The position numbers and the translations under genes were made by a program. From Oligoflexales bacterium (GTDB lineage Bacteria > Bdellovibrionota_B > Oligoflexia > Oligoflexales > RGVZ01), in assembly GCA_044236265.1 (NCBI GenBank), contig JBIIGV010000044.1, positions 1 through 21,527 on the forward strand: a DNA stretch of 21,527 nucleotides, given 5' to 3'. The notes below the pieces were generated by a model, which ran no database searches, was not told the origin of the DNA, and worked only from the letters and a program-made list of their open reading frames with translations. This document shows, piece after piece, positions 9,095 to 17,637 of this stretch. Positions within the stretch are counted from its first letter, which is position 1. Every line of letters starts with the position of its first letter.

Positions 9095-9803
9095 AAGCAT
9101 TCTCAGTTTTCAAAATGTAAATGTTTTCTACGGGATCATCCAAGCGCTTCACGGCATTAGTTTCGACGTGAAGCGCGGACAAATCGTTACCCTTGTCGGA
9201 GCCAATGGTGCTGGCAAATCCACGACATTGCGGGCCATCTCTGGACTTGTAAAACCTAAAAGTGGAGAAATTCTTTTCAAGGGTCAAAATATAGCTGGCC
9301 TACCGGCGCATGAGATCGTTCGCAAGCGATTATGTCAGGCCCCAGAGGGGCGAGGCATTTTTTTGAATCTTACTGTTGAAGAGAATATGGACCTGGGCGC
9401 ATGGGCCGCGCCTGACAAATCGGCTTACCAAGCAAATATGGATCATGGCTACCAGCTTTTCCCTCGTCTCAAAGAAAGGCGTCACCAGTTGGCCGGAACC
9501 CTGTCTGGCGGGGAGCAGCAGATGCTTGCTATGGCTCGCGCTCTCATGGGACAGCCTGAATTGCTGCTTTTAGACGAACCAAGCCTTGGACTGGCTCCCC
9601 AGATTATCGAGAAAATCTTTGAGATTATTACAGATATCAACAAAACGGGGATGACAATTGTTTTAGTGGAGCAGAACGCTTTACAAGCCCTTCAAATCGC
9701 CCACTACGGAATTGTCCTCGAGACTGGAATGATCAAAACCCATGGTGCAGCTGCGGATTTGTTAAAATCAGACGAAATCCGTAAGGCTTATTTAGGTGAC
9801 TGA
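9078..9803 (+). CDS. livF: Branched-chain amino acid ABC transporter ATP-binding protein LivF
   Basis: GANGAGKST, PEGRGIF, LSGGEQQMLAMARALM, DEPSLGLAP, VEQNA, AYLG. Start placed at the in-frame ATG 9078 (MTTQNES), overlapping the end of livG. Confidence 0.95.
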   Translation: MTTQNESILSFQNVNVFYGIIQALHGISFDVKRGQIVTLVGANGAGKSTTLRAISGLVKPKSGEILFKGQNIAGLPAHEIVRKRLCQAPEGRGIFLNLTVEENMDLGAWAAPDKSAYQANMDHGYQLFPRLKERRHQLAGTLSGGEQQMLAMARALMGQPELLLLDEPSLGLAPQIIEKIFEIITDINKTGMTIVLVEQNALQALQIAHYGIVLETGMIKTHGAAADLLKSDEIRKAYLGD

Positions 9804-9849
9804 TCGATATCCATTTGTTAGGGTGACGGATCTTATATAGGAGTCATCC

Positions 9850-10314
9850 ATGTCCCATAAAGTCATTGCATTCCATTATAAACTTACTGATGTCAGCGGC
9901 GCGACCCTTGATCAGTCCGAAGCCAACGAGCCGCTAGCGTTTATGACTGGCGTGGGACAGATCATTCCAGGCCTTGAGAGCGTGTTGGTCACAATGCTAA
10001 AAGGTGACAAGCGTCGCGTTGAAGTTGAAGCCAAAGATGCTTACGGGGAACGAGACCTAGGCCGCATCTTGAACGTAAAGCGCAACCAATTGCCAGAAGG
10101 CGACGTCAAGGTTGGCGACATGTTCCACGGACCAAACGGCGAAGTCGTAACTGTCACCGCGGTTTCTATCGATTCTGTAACTCTTGATGCCAATCATCCT
10201 CTGGCTGGACAGAAGTTAATCTTTGACGTTGAAATCGACACGGTGCGCGAAGCGACCAAAGAAGAAGTTGCGCACGGCCATGCCCACGGCGCGGACGGTC
10301 AACATCAGCATTGA
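9850..10314 (+). CDS. slyD: FKBP-type peptidyl-prolyl isomerase SlyD
   Basis: AGGAG RBS; IIPGLE, DAYGER, LDANHPLAGQKLIFDVEI, REAT.EE..HGH and a short His-rich tail (HGHAHGADGQHQH). Confidence 0.95.
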   Translation: MSHKVIAFHYKLTDVSGATLDQSEANEPLAFMTGVGQIIPGLESVLVTMLKGDKRRVEVEAKDAYGERDLGRILNVKRNQLPEGDVKVGDMFHGPNGEVVTVTAVSIDSVTLDANHPLAGQKLIFDVEIDTVREATKEEVAHGHAHGADGQHQH

Positions 10315-10340
10315 TCGTTAGACGTTGACCAAATTTATAG

Positions 10341-10372
10341 AAAACCCACAGCACAGATGCAGTGGGTTTTTT
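10341..10372. terminator. Probable bidirectional intrinsic terminator between slyD and the DUF342 gene
   Basis: AAAACCCAC-A-GCA-caga-TGC-A-GTGGGTTTT followed by TT; lies between convergent genes. Confidence 0.8.
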
Positions 10373-10383
10373 GTTTCAATAAT

Positions 10384-12678
10384 CTAGCTAGCCTTCTTCT
10401 CTTCTTCAGGAGAGGCACTCGGAGCTTCTCCAAGTTTACGCTCAATCTCACTCTTCATTTCATCAAATGTGACGAGGTGAGTATCTCTAACCAACTTAGC
10501 AATGACAGCGGCAGCGATCATATCGACCTCCATGACAAAACCCTGCCCACCAATTTCAATGGTGCAGTTTGCAGCAAAGAGGTTGCTTGCAGCGATAATT
10601 GCATCGTTACTGTATGTCATCGTCGCCTTCACTTCTTCAAGCTGGAGGGCGGCTTTCTCGATCATGGGTCTTATCTGAGCCATCTTCTTTTTAAGTTGCT
10701 CTTTCTGCTTTTTGTGCTTTGCAGTCAGCTGGTTTGCACGCTTCTGAGCAAGCTCACGGAATTCATTCTTATAGCGATCTTGTGAGTCCTGTAAGTCTAA
10801 TACCCGCTTTTCACGAATACCGATGCGTCTCATGATTTTGTTATCGACGCCAACCTTAAAGATCGTCCTGGCACCTTTGGCAAATCCTACGTTGGCAGAC
10901 AGCACCAAACCTCGACAGACAATCGTACCACCACCGACGACGCCATCTCCGGCGAGCGCTCTTATAAAAGGACCGGCGACGACATTACTGCTAATAAGAG
11001 AGCGATTCACTGTAAGGGTACCATCACACTCAATATTACTGTTTTCGATAAAATCTGCCTTGATGTGACTTGCGCAAGTAACTTTTCCTTTTTCCCCGGT
11101 AACGATACTTTCAACAACCTCAATTGGCTCTCGGGACGACACGTAAGCTCCAATAATAGATCCGTGAATCTTCAGAGGACCTCGAACTCGAACCACCGAA
11201 CCAACGTCAACGGTCCCTTTAATCTCAACCGGTCCGTCGAAATAAATATTTCCTGATTTCAGGTTCACATCACCTTCATGAACCAAAACAGTCATAATTG
11301 ATAAATTATTCTCTTCAAATTTAGGCACCCCATCACTCAGCGCGAAGAACTTACCAGGAGACCGTTCCTCCACGCCTTCACCAACATTGACTGCAAGCGG
11401 GGGACCATCTGGCGCGGGTAGAACCTGGCCTAGAACAGTCATCCCGGTTTCGGCAGGTTTTGCATAACGAACTTCACCGAAAAATTGACCTTTTTGAACA
11501 ATCATTCGCTGCTGCGCATCACGAATATTTATCGGACCAGAGTCGTCGCCAACCGATGGAGCGTCTTTATAGACCATATGCAAATAAGGCTCCGACCCGG
11601 CAAGAGGCGTCCATCCGCGGGCAGCAACTTTATTATTTAGATTTCCCCGTTTAGAAAATAACTCCTCTAACTCGGCGAAAATTTCATCATTAACGCCACA
11701 TTTGATTCCATTAAGCTGTAGTTGCTCTTCTAGGAATTCCTTTGTCATGACAAAACCAGGTTCATTATAGGTTTTCAAATCAAACAGGATAATTGCAGCC
11801 GACATCTTATCTTCACTTACCTTAAGAGTCAGATAGCGTCTTGGAGGTATTTTAATTGTGCTAGCTTTGTCTGCGTCGACCGGAATAGCTGCGAGAACGG
11901 CCATCGGCGTTCCATACCCAAATCGCTCCGGACCATGCAATGACTCTTTGATACAGCTAATCATATCGCTTTTTATGAAACGCATCCGTGCGATACCGGT
12001 GAGTTTTAACTTTTCAATGGACTGTCGGACCATCGAGCAAATGTTTTCCAAAATCTGATCATTCTGTACAGCCACGACATCGGCAACGAATACAACGACC
12101 TCGCCGCGCGATTTGTTGGCCATAACGGAAAATGGCTTGCCATCAAGATGAACGTCTGGCATCGCTGTTGCAGCAGAAACAAGGAAATTTTCGACTTTTT
12201 CACCCGAAAAAATTCTAACCAGTGCAGATTGAAGCTGAGGCAAAAAGAGACCGCCATCAATTTTAAATTTATTAGCTGCGTTCAGAATGGTCGTCTTGAC
12301 CCACTCTCTTTGGATTATGTTTGGATCAATTGGATTTTCAAGAGAGACTAAAACACCAGAGTTTGGTGGCGGAGAATGCAATACCTTAAGCCCTTCGATC
12401 GCTGGAGCACCCGCGGCAAGCGTAATTTGTACACGATAATTTTCTGGAAGATCCGTGGCATGACGGATTGCATCCCAAACGCTCGCAAGTTTGTCCTCGT
12501 AAACTTGATAGAAGTCAATTTTGCCCTCAGACTTGATCGCGTCTAACTTCTTTTTGGCGCGAAGTATCATCTCCGCTGGAGGAGTTGAGGAACGCAAAGC
12601 ATCAGCGCGCGTAAACGAAATTTTTACGCGGTACTGCTGCGCGTTATAGGACAGCGCTGGCGATTGGACGCTAGACAC
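10384..12678 (-). CDS. FapA/DUF342 family protein with long N-terminal extension
   Basis: GGAGG RBS before GTG; VSEDKMSA...GIKCGV...AARGWTP, GMTVLGQVLPA, GDVNLKSGNIYFDGPVEIKGTV, glycine-rich beta-helix-like repeats, VVGGG, and a C-terminal coiled coil, all typical of DUF342. Confidence 0.88.
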   Translation of the reverse strand: MSSVQSPALSYNAQQYRVKISFTRADALRSSTPPAEMILRAKKKLDAIKSEGKIDFYQVYEDKLASVWDAIRHATDLPENYRVQITLAAGAPAIEGLKVLHSPPPNSGVLVSLENPIDPNIIQREWVKTTILNAANKFKIDGGLFLPQLQSALVRIFSGEKVENFLVSAATAMPDVHLDGKPFSVMANKSRGEVVVFVADVVAVQNDQILENICSMVRQSIEKLKLTGIARMRFIKSDMISCIKESLHGPERFGYGTPMAVLAAIPVDADKASTIKIPPRRYLTLKVSEDKMSAAIILFDLKTYNEPGFVMTKEFLEEQLQLNGIKCGVNDEIFAELEELFSKRGNLNNKVAARGWTPLAGSEPYLHMVYKDAPSVGDDSGPINIRDAQQRMIVQKGQFFGEVRYAKPAETGMTVLGQVLPAPDGPPLAVNVGEGVEERSPGKFFALSDGVPKFEENNLSIMTVLVHEGDVNLKSGNIYFDGPVEIKGTVDVGSVVRVRGPLKIHGSIIGAYVSSREPIEVVESIVTGEKGKVTCASHIKADFIENSNIECDGTLTVNRSLISSNVVAGPFIRALAGDGVVGGGTIVCRGLVLSANVGFAKGARTIFKVGVDNKIMRRIGIREKRVLDLQDSQDRYKNEFRELAQKRANQLTAKHKKQKEQLKKKMAQIRPMIEKAALQLEEVKATMTYSNDAIIAASNLFAANCTIEIGGQGFVMEVDMIAAAVIAKLVRDTHLVTFDEMKSEIERKLGEAPSASPEEEKKAS

Positions 12679-12810
12679 TATGATTCCTCCACAAAGTACA
12701 GAACCTCAGCTAGTCCTTCGTCTCATTTGCCGTTTTTCTTAAATAATTCGGTTATTTGCAAAAAATAAGCCCCGAGGAACTCTTTGCGAACGAACTTAAT
12801 TGAAAGGTAT

Positions 12811-13920
12811 TTAGGCGTCTTTTTGGGAAACAACCAACTGGCCGCACGCACCGCCGATGTCTTGTCCCTTACTGTAGCGAACCATGACACGATGGCCAGC
12901 ACGATAGATTTCATCACGAAATGCCTCAAGCCTATCGACATTAGGGCTACTTAAGCGCGAGGGGCCGACCGGATTTAAAGGAATGAGATTTATTTTTACA
13001 TTCATCCCGTCCACCAGACGAATCAGCTCACGAGCGTGTTCTATCGAGTCATTCACGCCAGCAATCAGTGTATATTGCAACAACAATCCATTTTCTTTGT
13101 GTGTCGGCAAGTCTTTAAGCTTCGCTATTAGATCTGTCAGCGGCCACCTGCGATTAATTGGCATAATTTTTGATCTCTCATGATCAAAGGCAGAGTGAAC
13201 AGAGATAGCCAACCGCACATCAGGATGTAAACGCAACAATCGATCAAGTCCGTCCATATGACCAGCAGTCGAGACACTGATTTTACGTTTCGCAAGGTTA
13301 TAGCCAAAGGGATCAATCAAAATACTAATCGCCTTCCCAACGGCCTCTGGATTATCCAATGGCTCACCCATGCCCATAAATACGATATTGGAGATTTTTT
13401 GATGAGCTGGAAGACCTAACTTAAGCAACCAGTCACCATGGGTGGAAATCCAATGATTTGCAAGCCAGACTTGGCCAACAATTTCTGCCGCACTAAGATT
13501 TCGTTTAAGCCCCATTCGACCTGTATGGCAAAAGATACATGCTTGGGCACATCCGACCTGAGAGCTGACACACAGTGTGATTCGCTTTGCCTCAGGCATC
13601 AGGACCATCTCGATTTGGGACTTATCTTCAAGCTCGACAAGAAATTTGACACTGGAATCGTAACGGCTTTGATTCTCACTGTGAATTCTCAAGTTAGTTA
13701 ATTGAAATCCGTTGGCCAAGTCAGAGGCCAATTTTTTTGGAATTCCGGGTCTCTCCCAAGGCTTTAACTGATTGTCCTTGTAGACTGCACGAAATAAATC
13801 CCGAGCGTGCATTGGAGACGCGCCCGACTTAACACAAAGCTGCCCCGCATCGTCTATTGTCAAACCCAGAAAACTTACGCTCTCTGGCTTTGATTCTGTT
13901 ATTTGCGCCAATGCATCCAA
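12811..13920 (-). CDS. rlmN: Radical SAM rRNA/tRNA C2-adenosine methyltransferase RlmN
   Basis: TLCVSSQVGCAQACIFCHTG (CxxxCxxC), RNLSAAEIVGQV, NIVFMGMGEPLDN, KINLIPLNP, GQDIGGACGQL. Start set at the in-frame TTG 13920 (AAGGGGG upstream), giving 369 aa and no overlap with pfk; start uncertain. Confidence 0.93.
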   Translation of the reverse strand: MDALAQITESKPESVSFLGLTIDDAGQLCVKSGASPMHARDLFRAVYKDNQLKPWERPGIPKKLASDLANGFQLTNLRIHSENQSRYDSSVKFLVELEDKSQIEMVLMPEAKRITLCVSSQVGCAQACIFCHTGRMGLKRNLSAAEIVGQVWLANHWISTHGDWLLKLGLPAHQKISNIVFMGMGEPLDNPEAVGKAISILIDPFGYNLAKRKISVSTAGHMDGLDRLLRLHPDVRLAISVHSAFDHERSKIMPINRRWPLTDLIAKLKDLPTHKENGLLLQYTLIAGVNDSIEHARELIRLVDGMNVKINLIPLNPVGPSRLSSPNVDRLEAFRDEIYRAGHRVMVRYSKGQDIGGACGQLVVSQKDA

Positions 13921-14068
13921 ACCCAAGACCCCCTTGCCAACTGCCGTCTCCGGTAGGCGGCTTCTATCATGCTCCGGTTTGCCTTGTCCATACGCCTTCT
14001 GCCAAGGGCCAATCCATGCTAAACTACTGAAATTGATGTTTGTTTTCTGGCCAAGGGAGTGTGACATC

Positions 14069-15379
14069 ATGCCTGCAACAAAAGGATTTTCAATTGAGAC
14101 ACTGGGACCCTGTCTATGGGATTCCCCCATAAATTTGCCTGATACAGGGGCATTCACCAGTGACAATGACCTGATGGCCCTAAAGCCCAACCTTACGACA
14201 CTGCTTGATCAAATTCGACGTGGAGATGAACCAGAAGCATTTGAAGTGGGCGGCCCACGGGAAAAGATCTTCTTTGAGCCTGACAAAGTCAAAGCTGCAA
14301 TTCTAACCTGCGGCGGGCTATGTCCAGGCCTCAATAGCGTGATTCGCGCTGTTGTCATGCAACTTTGGCATCGTTATGGATGCAGATACATAGAGGGAAT
14401 TAAAGGAGGCTATCAGGGCCTTGCAAAGGAAAAAGCCGATCACTTCATCGGTCTGACTCCGGATGATGTGGAAGAAATCCACACCCAAGGAGGCACCATT
14501 CTCGGAACATCAAGAGGTTCACCTCCTACGGAGGAAATTGCCGACTCACTCATTGCAAAAGGTATCAATATCGTTTTTGCCATCGGCGGAGACGGCACTA
14601 TGCGCGGTGCTGCGGCGCTTAATAAAGAACTACAGCGACGCGGCGAAAAAGTGGCCATCGTTGGGATACCAAAAACCATCGATAACGACATCCCTTGGGT
14701 ACGACGAACATTCGGATTTGAAACCGCTGTTAGTATTGCTGTCGAATCGGTAAAAGCTGCTCATGTGGAGGCAGAAAGCGTCCATAACGGAATTGGACTC
14801 GTCAAACTCATGGGTCGGGAATCGGGCTACATCGCGGCCAATGCAACATTAGCGTCGGGTGACGTAAATTTCTGTCTCGTTCCTGAAGTCGATTTTGACC
14901 TAGGGGGACCTCGAGGACTCCTCTCTGCACTAGAAAAGCGTCTTTCTGCAAGGGAGCACGCTGTGATTGTTGTCGCAGAGGGAGCGGGTCAAAAATTTTT
15001 CGAAAAAGATCAGAAGCGGGAGACTGACGCTAGCGGAAATATAAAGCTTGGCGATATCGGAACCTATTTGCGTGACAAAATCAGAGAGCACTTCAAAAAT
15101 AGAAATATTCCCATGACACTAAAATACATTGACCCCAGCTACCTGATCCGCGCACATTGCGGAAATGCCGGCGATCAACTCTTCTGTGCACGTCTTGCTC
15201 AGAACGCGGTTCACGCGGCTATGGCAGGAAAAACAGGTATGCTGGTAGGATTTTGGCATGGACGTATGACGCATGTACCGTTTCACGCGATATCTGGTCG
15301 CCAAAGAATCAACCCGGCAGGAGAACTGTGGTTTAATGTTCTTGAATCCACAGGCCAACCATCACACTTGTCATCCTAA
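14069..15379 (+). CDS. pfkA: 6-phosphofructokinase, probably ATP-dependent, PPi-PFK-related (group X-like) type
   Basis: AGGGAG RBS before ATG 14069; TCGGLCPGLN, GGTILGTSRG, IGGDGT, PKTIDNDI, VKLMGRESGYIA, KYIDPSYLIRA. Confidence 0.92.
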   Translation: MPATKGFSIETLGPCLWDSPINLPDTGAFTSDNDLMALKPNLTTLLDQIRRGDEPEAFEVGGPREKIFFEPDKVKAAILTCGGLCPGLNSVIRAVVMQLWHRYGCRYIEGIKGGYQGLAKEKADHFIGLTPDDVEEIHTQGGTILGTSRGSPPTEEIADSLIAKGINIVFAIGGDGTMRGAAALNKELQRRGEKVAIVGIPKTIDNDIPWVRRTFGFETAVSIAVESVKAAHVEAESVHNGIGLVKLMGRESGYIAANATLASGDVNFCLVPEVDFDLGGPRGLLSALEKRLSAREHAVIVVAEGAGQKFFEKDQKRETDASGNIKLGDIGTYLRDKIREHFKNRNIPMTLKYIDPSYLIRAHCGNAGDQLFCARLAQNAVHAAMAGKTGMLVGFWHGRMTHVPFHAISGRQRINPAGELWFNVLESTGQPSHLSS

Positions 15380-15384
15380 TGATT

Positions 15385-15425
15385 AACAAAAAAAGGGCTG
15401 GCAAATATTGCCAGCCCTTTTTGTT
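15385..15425. terminator. Bidirectional intrinsic terminator between pfk and the chemoreceptor
   Basis: Perfect inverted repeat AAAAAGGGCTGGCAA-ata-TTGCCAGCCCTTTTT with A/T tails on both sides, between convergent genes. Confidence 0.92.
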
Positions 15426-15434
15426 TCAGAACAA

Positions 15435-17345
15435 TCACACCTGAATCTTTTTGACCAAGCTCTCTAACTTCTCTGACAAATCTCCCAATGAGCGTGCGGC
15501 CTGAAGAACCTGCTCTGCACCGATCTGAGTTTCACTTGACGCCAGTGAAACCACCTTGACGCTCTCCGAGATGGACTGTACGCCGCGAGAGGACTCCTGA
15601 ACGACACGAGCCACTTCGTTAGTAGTTGCCTGTTGCTCTTCCACAGAGGCTGCAATGGCAGATGCAATTCCGTTTAATCTACGGATACTCTCAGAGATAC
15701 TTCCAATTGCATCCACAGCCGTCGATGTATCTCGTTGAATGCCGCCAATTTTATTCGTAATGTCCTCCGTCGCTTGAGCCGTTTGCTTAGCAAGCTCCTT
15801 GACCTCGTTCGCAACCACCGCAAATCCGCGTCCCGCGTCTCCCGCACGAGCAGCTTCAATTGTCGCATTCAGTGCTAAAAGGTTTGTCTGCTGCGCGATG
15901 GACGAGATGACTTTTATAACATTTCCGATTTCCAAGCTAGACTGACCCAACTTGTTAATGGTGGTATTCGTCACCTCAGATTGACGAGCCGTTGAGTTGG
16001 CCGCCACTGATGCTTCATTCGCGTTACGAGCAATCTCTGCGATTGATGCGCTCATTTCTTCAGTATTCGTCGCTACGGTCTGCACACCACGAGAGACTTC
16101 TTCAGAGGCTCCAGCTACCTGGCTTGCTTCTTTTGTGGACTTAGTAGCATTCATAGTCATCTGGCTTGCAGTCGCATTGAGTTCGGCCGCGGCGGCGGAC
16201 AACATCCGACTAGCTTCCGTTATCTCGGAAACAAGCGTCATCTGCGATGAGATAACCTCCCAAGTGACCATCGGTCCGATATAGGATTTGTTATTGTCGT
16301 ACATTGGTGCGACTAGCAGCTTCAGAGTTTCAGGCCCCAACTTAATCTTAGCCACATATGGTAACTGCTTATCGTCTTTCGTAATCCGGCGCGCAATCTC
16401 AGGACTTCGATGGAAAATATCAATCGACTGTCCAACGAGTTGGTCAACGGGTTTTGGAAGATATTTCTCCAATGTCCGGAGCGTCTTAACAGACGCTGGA
16501 TTCAGGTAACGCAGTTTAAAATCCAGGTCAGCACACATAATATTGATCGGCGCGTTTTCCATCATCGAGTAAATGCGGGCAAGTTCAATTTCGTTTTCGA
16601 TCTTTTTCGTAACCACATCCCATGTCACCATGGTCCCGATGAAATTCTTATTTGTGTCATAAATTGCATTCACGAGAAGATCAAGCTTCTCCGGACCGAC
16701 CGAAATTACGGTTTGGACAGGAAGATTGCGGTCATCTGCTAGGATCCTCCTCTGATGCGCCGGATTTTTATGGAAAACATCGATATTCGCACCCACCACC
16801 TTATCCACTGAAATTGGAAGGTGTCGTTCAATCATCCTGAGAGTGTCGCGGCTTTTAGGGTTAAGGTACTGGATATTTAGATCGCGATCGCAATACATGA
16901 TGTTAACTGGTGCGTTTTCCATCATGGAGTAAATGCGCGCAAGATTTTCTTGATCCAGAATCTTCTGGGTGACTACGTCCCAAGTGACCATGATGCCCGA
17001 GTATTCTTTTTTATTGTTGTAAATTGGAGACACCAACAACTCAAGCTTTTCGGGACCAACGTTTATCACGGCTTTGTGGGGAAGATTTTTATCATTAGCA
17101 AGCATCTTCCGCTGATGCAGCGGATGCTTGTGAAAGATGTCAATTGTACTGCCCTGAACCTTTTTTGCCGGGACTGGTAGCCATTTTTCGATTGACGTCA
17201 GAGTCTCAAGACTTTTTGGATTGACGTATTGAATGGTCATGTTCAAGTCGCAATAGAGGACATTGATAGGAGCGTTTTCCAACATCCCGAAATACTCGAG
17301 ACCTGGGGCCTGCTTGGTTGATGGAATTTTGAGAAGCTCTTCCAT
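15435..17345 (-). CDS. Soluble methyl-accepting chemotaxis protein with three Aer2-like PAS(-heme) domains
   Basis: GGAGG RBS before ATG 17345; no transmembrane segment; three PAS repeats (ENAP.N...IDxFH...VTW); signalling tip [37 protein letters not shown]. Confidence 0.95.
   Translation of the reverse strand: MEELLKIPSTKQAPGLEYFGMLENAPINVLYCDLNMTIQYVNPKSLETLTSIEKWLPVPAKKVQGSTIDIFHKHPLHQRKMLANDKNLPHKAVINVGPEKLELLVSPIYNNKKEYSGIMVTWDVVTQKILDQENLARIYSMMENAPVNIMYCDRDLNIQYLNPKSRDTLRMIERHLPISVDKVVGANIDVFHKNPAHQRRILADDRNLPVQTVISVGPEKLDLLVNAIYDTNKNFIGTMVTWDVVTKKIENEIELARIYSMMENAPINIMCADLDFKLRYLNPASVKTLRTLEKYLPKPVDQLVGQSIDIFHRSPEIARRITKDDKQLPYVAKIKLGPETLKLLVAPMYDNNKSYIGPMVTWEVISSQMTLVSEITEASRMLSAAAAELNATASQMTMNATKSTKEASQVAGASEEVSRGVQTVATNTEEMSASIAEIARNANEASVAANSTARQSEVTNTTINKLGQSSLEIGNVIKVISSIAQQTNLLALNATIEAARAGDAGRGFAVVANEVKELAKQTAQATEDITNKIGGIQRDTSTAVDAIGSISESIRRLNGIASAIAASVEEQQATTNEVARVVQESSRGVQSISESVKVVSLASSETQIGAEQVLQAARSLGDLSEKLESLVKKIQV
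16250..17300 (-). repeat. Three tandem PAS-coding repeats, period 360 nt (120 aa)
   Basis: GCGTTTTCC (ENA codons) ends at 16560, 16920 and 17280; [15 protein letters not shown] is shared by repeats 2 and 3. Boundaries approximate. Confidence 0.9.
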
Positions 17346-17428
17346 AAGTCCTCCGTACACAATCTAAAAATTCACCTTAGATTTCGCTCATCAAGACCGC
17401 TTTAAAATGGTCTCGATATTTGGACGAG

Positions 17429-17456
17429 GCATCGGTGAAAACCTATCTATAGTTTA
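17429..17456 (-). promoter_or_regulatory. Possible sigma28-type promoter of the chemoreceptor
   Basis: Minus strand TAAA-N16-ACCGATGC, about 83 nt upstream of the ATG; partial match to TAAA-N15/16-GCCGATAA. Confidence 0.35.
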
Positions 17457-17637
17457 GTCCGGGTAGAACCATCAATCCAATGCGGCCGCAGGCGGACCAA
17501 CCCGAAGTCGCGACCAGAAGAAGCCATGCAGATCTTGAGGGCTGGCGTGACCAATGAACCTCATTGTCTTTCGGTGGTTTTTTTAAATTTTTTTTAATCT
17601 AGGCGGGCAGATGTATTTTATCGAAATTTATCAAAGT

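Noticed and set aside
10357..10785. 142-aa plus-strand ORF
   Set aside because: Starts inside the terminator and is antisense to the DUF342 coiled-coil region.
12811..13920. Cfr-type antibiotic-resistance methyltransferase
   Set aside because: SSQVGC and MGMGEPL motifs fit housekeeping RlmN (Cfr has SSQCGC and MGMGEAL); no mobile context.
13934..14190. Apparent head-to-head overlap of rlmN and pfk
   Set aside because: RBS-supported starts at 13920 (-) and 14069 (+) leave a normal 148-nt divergent gap.
17460..17570. c-di-GMP-I riboswitch or a 26-30 aa leader peptide upstream of the chemoreceptor
   Set aside because: No GEMM core (GGCAAA...GAAA...GACGCAAA) is present and the small ORFs have no RBS.
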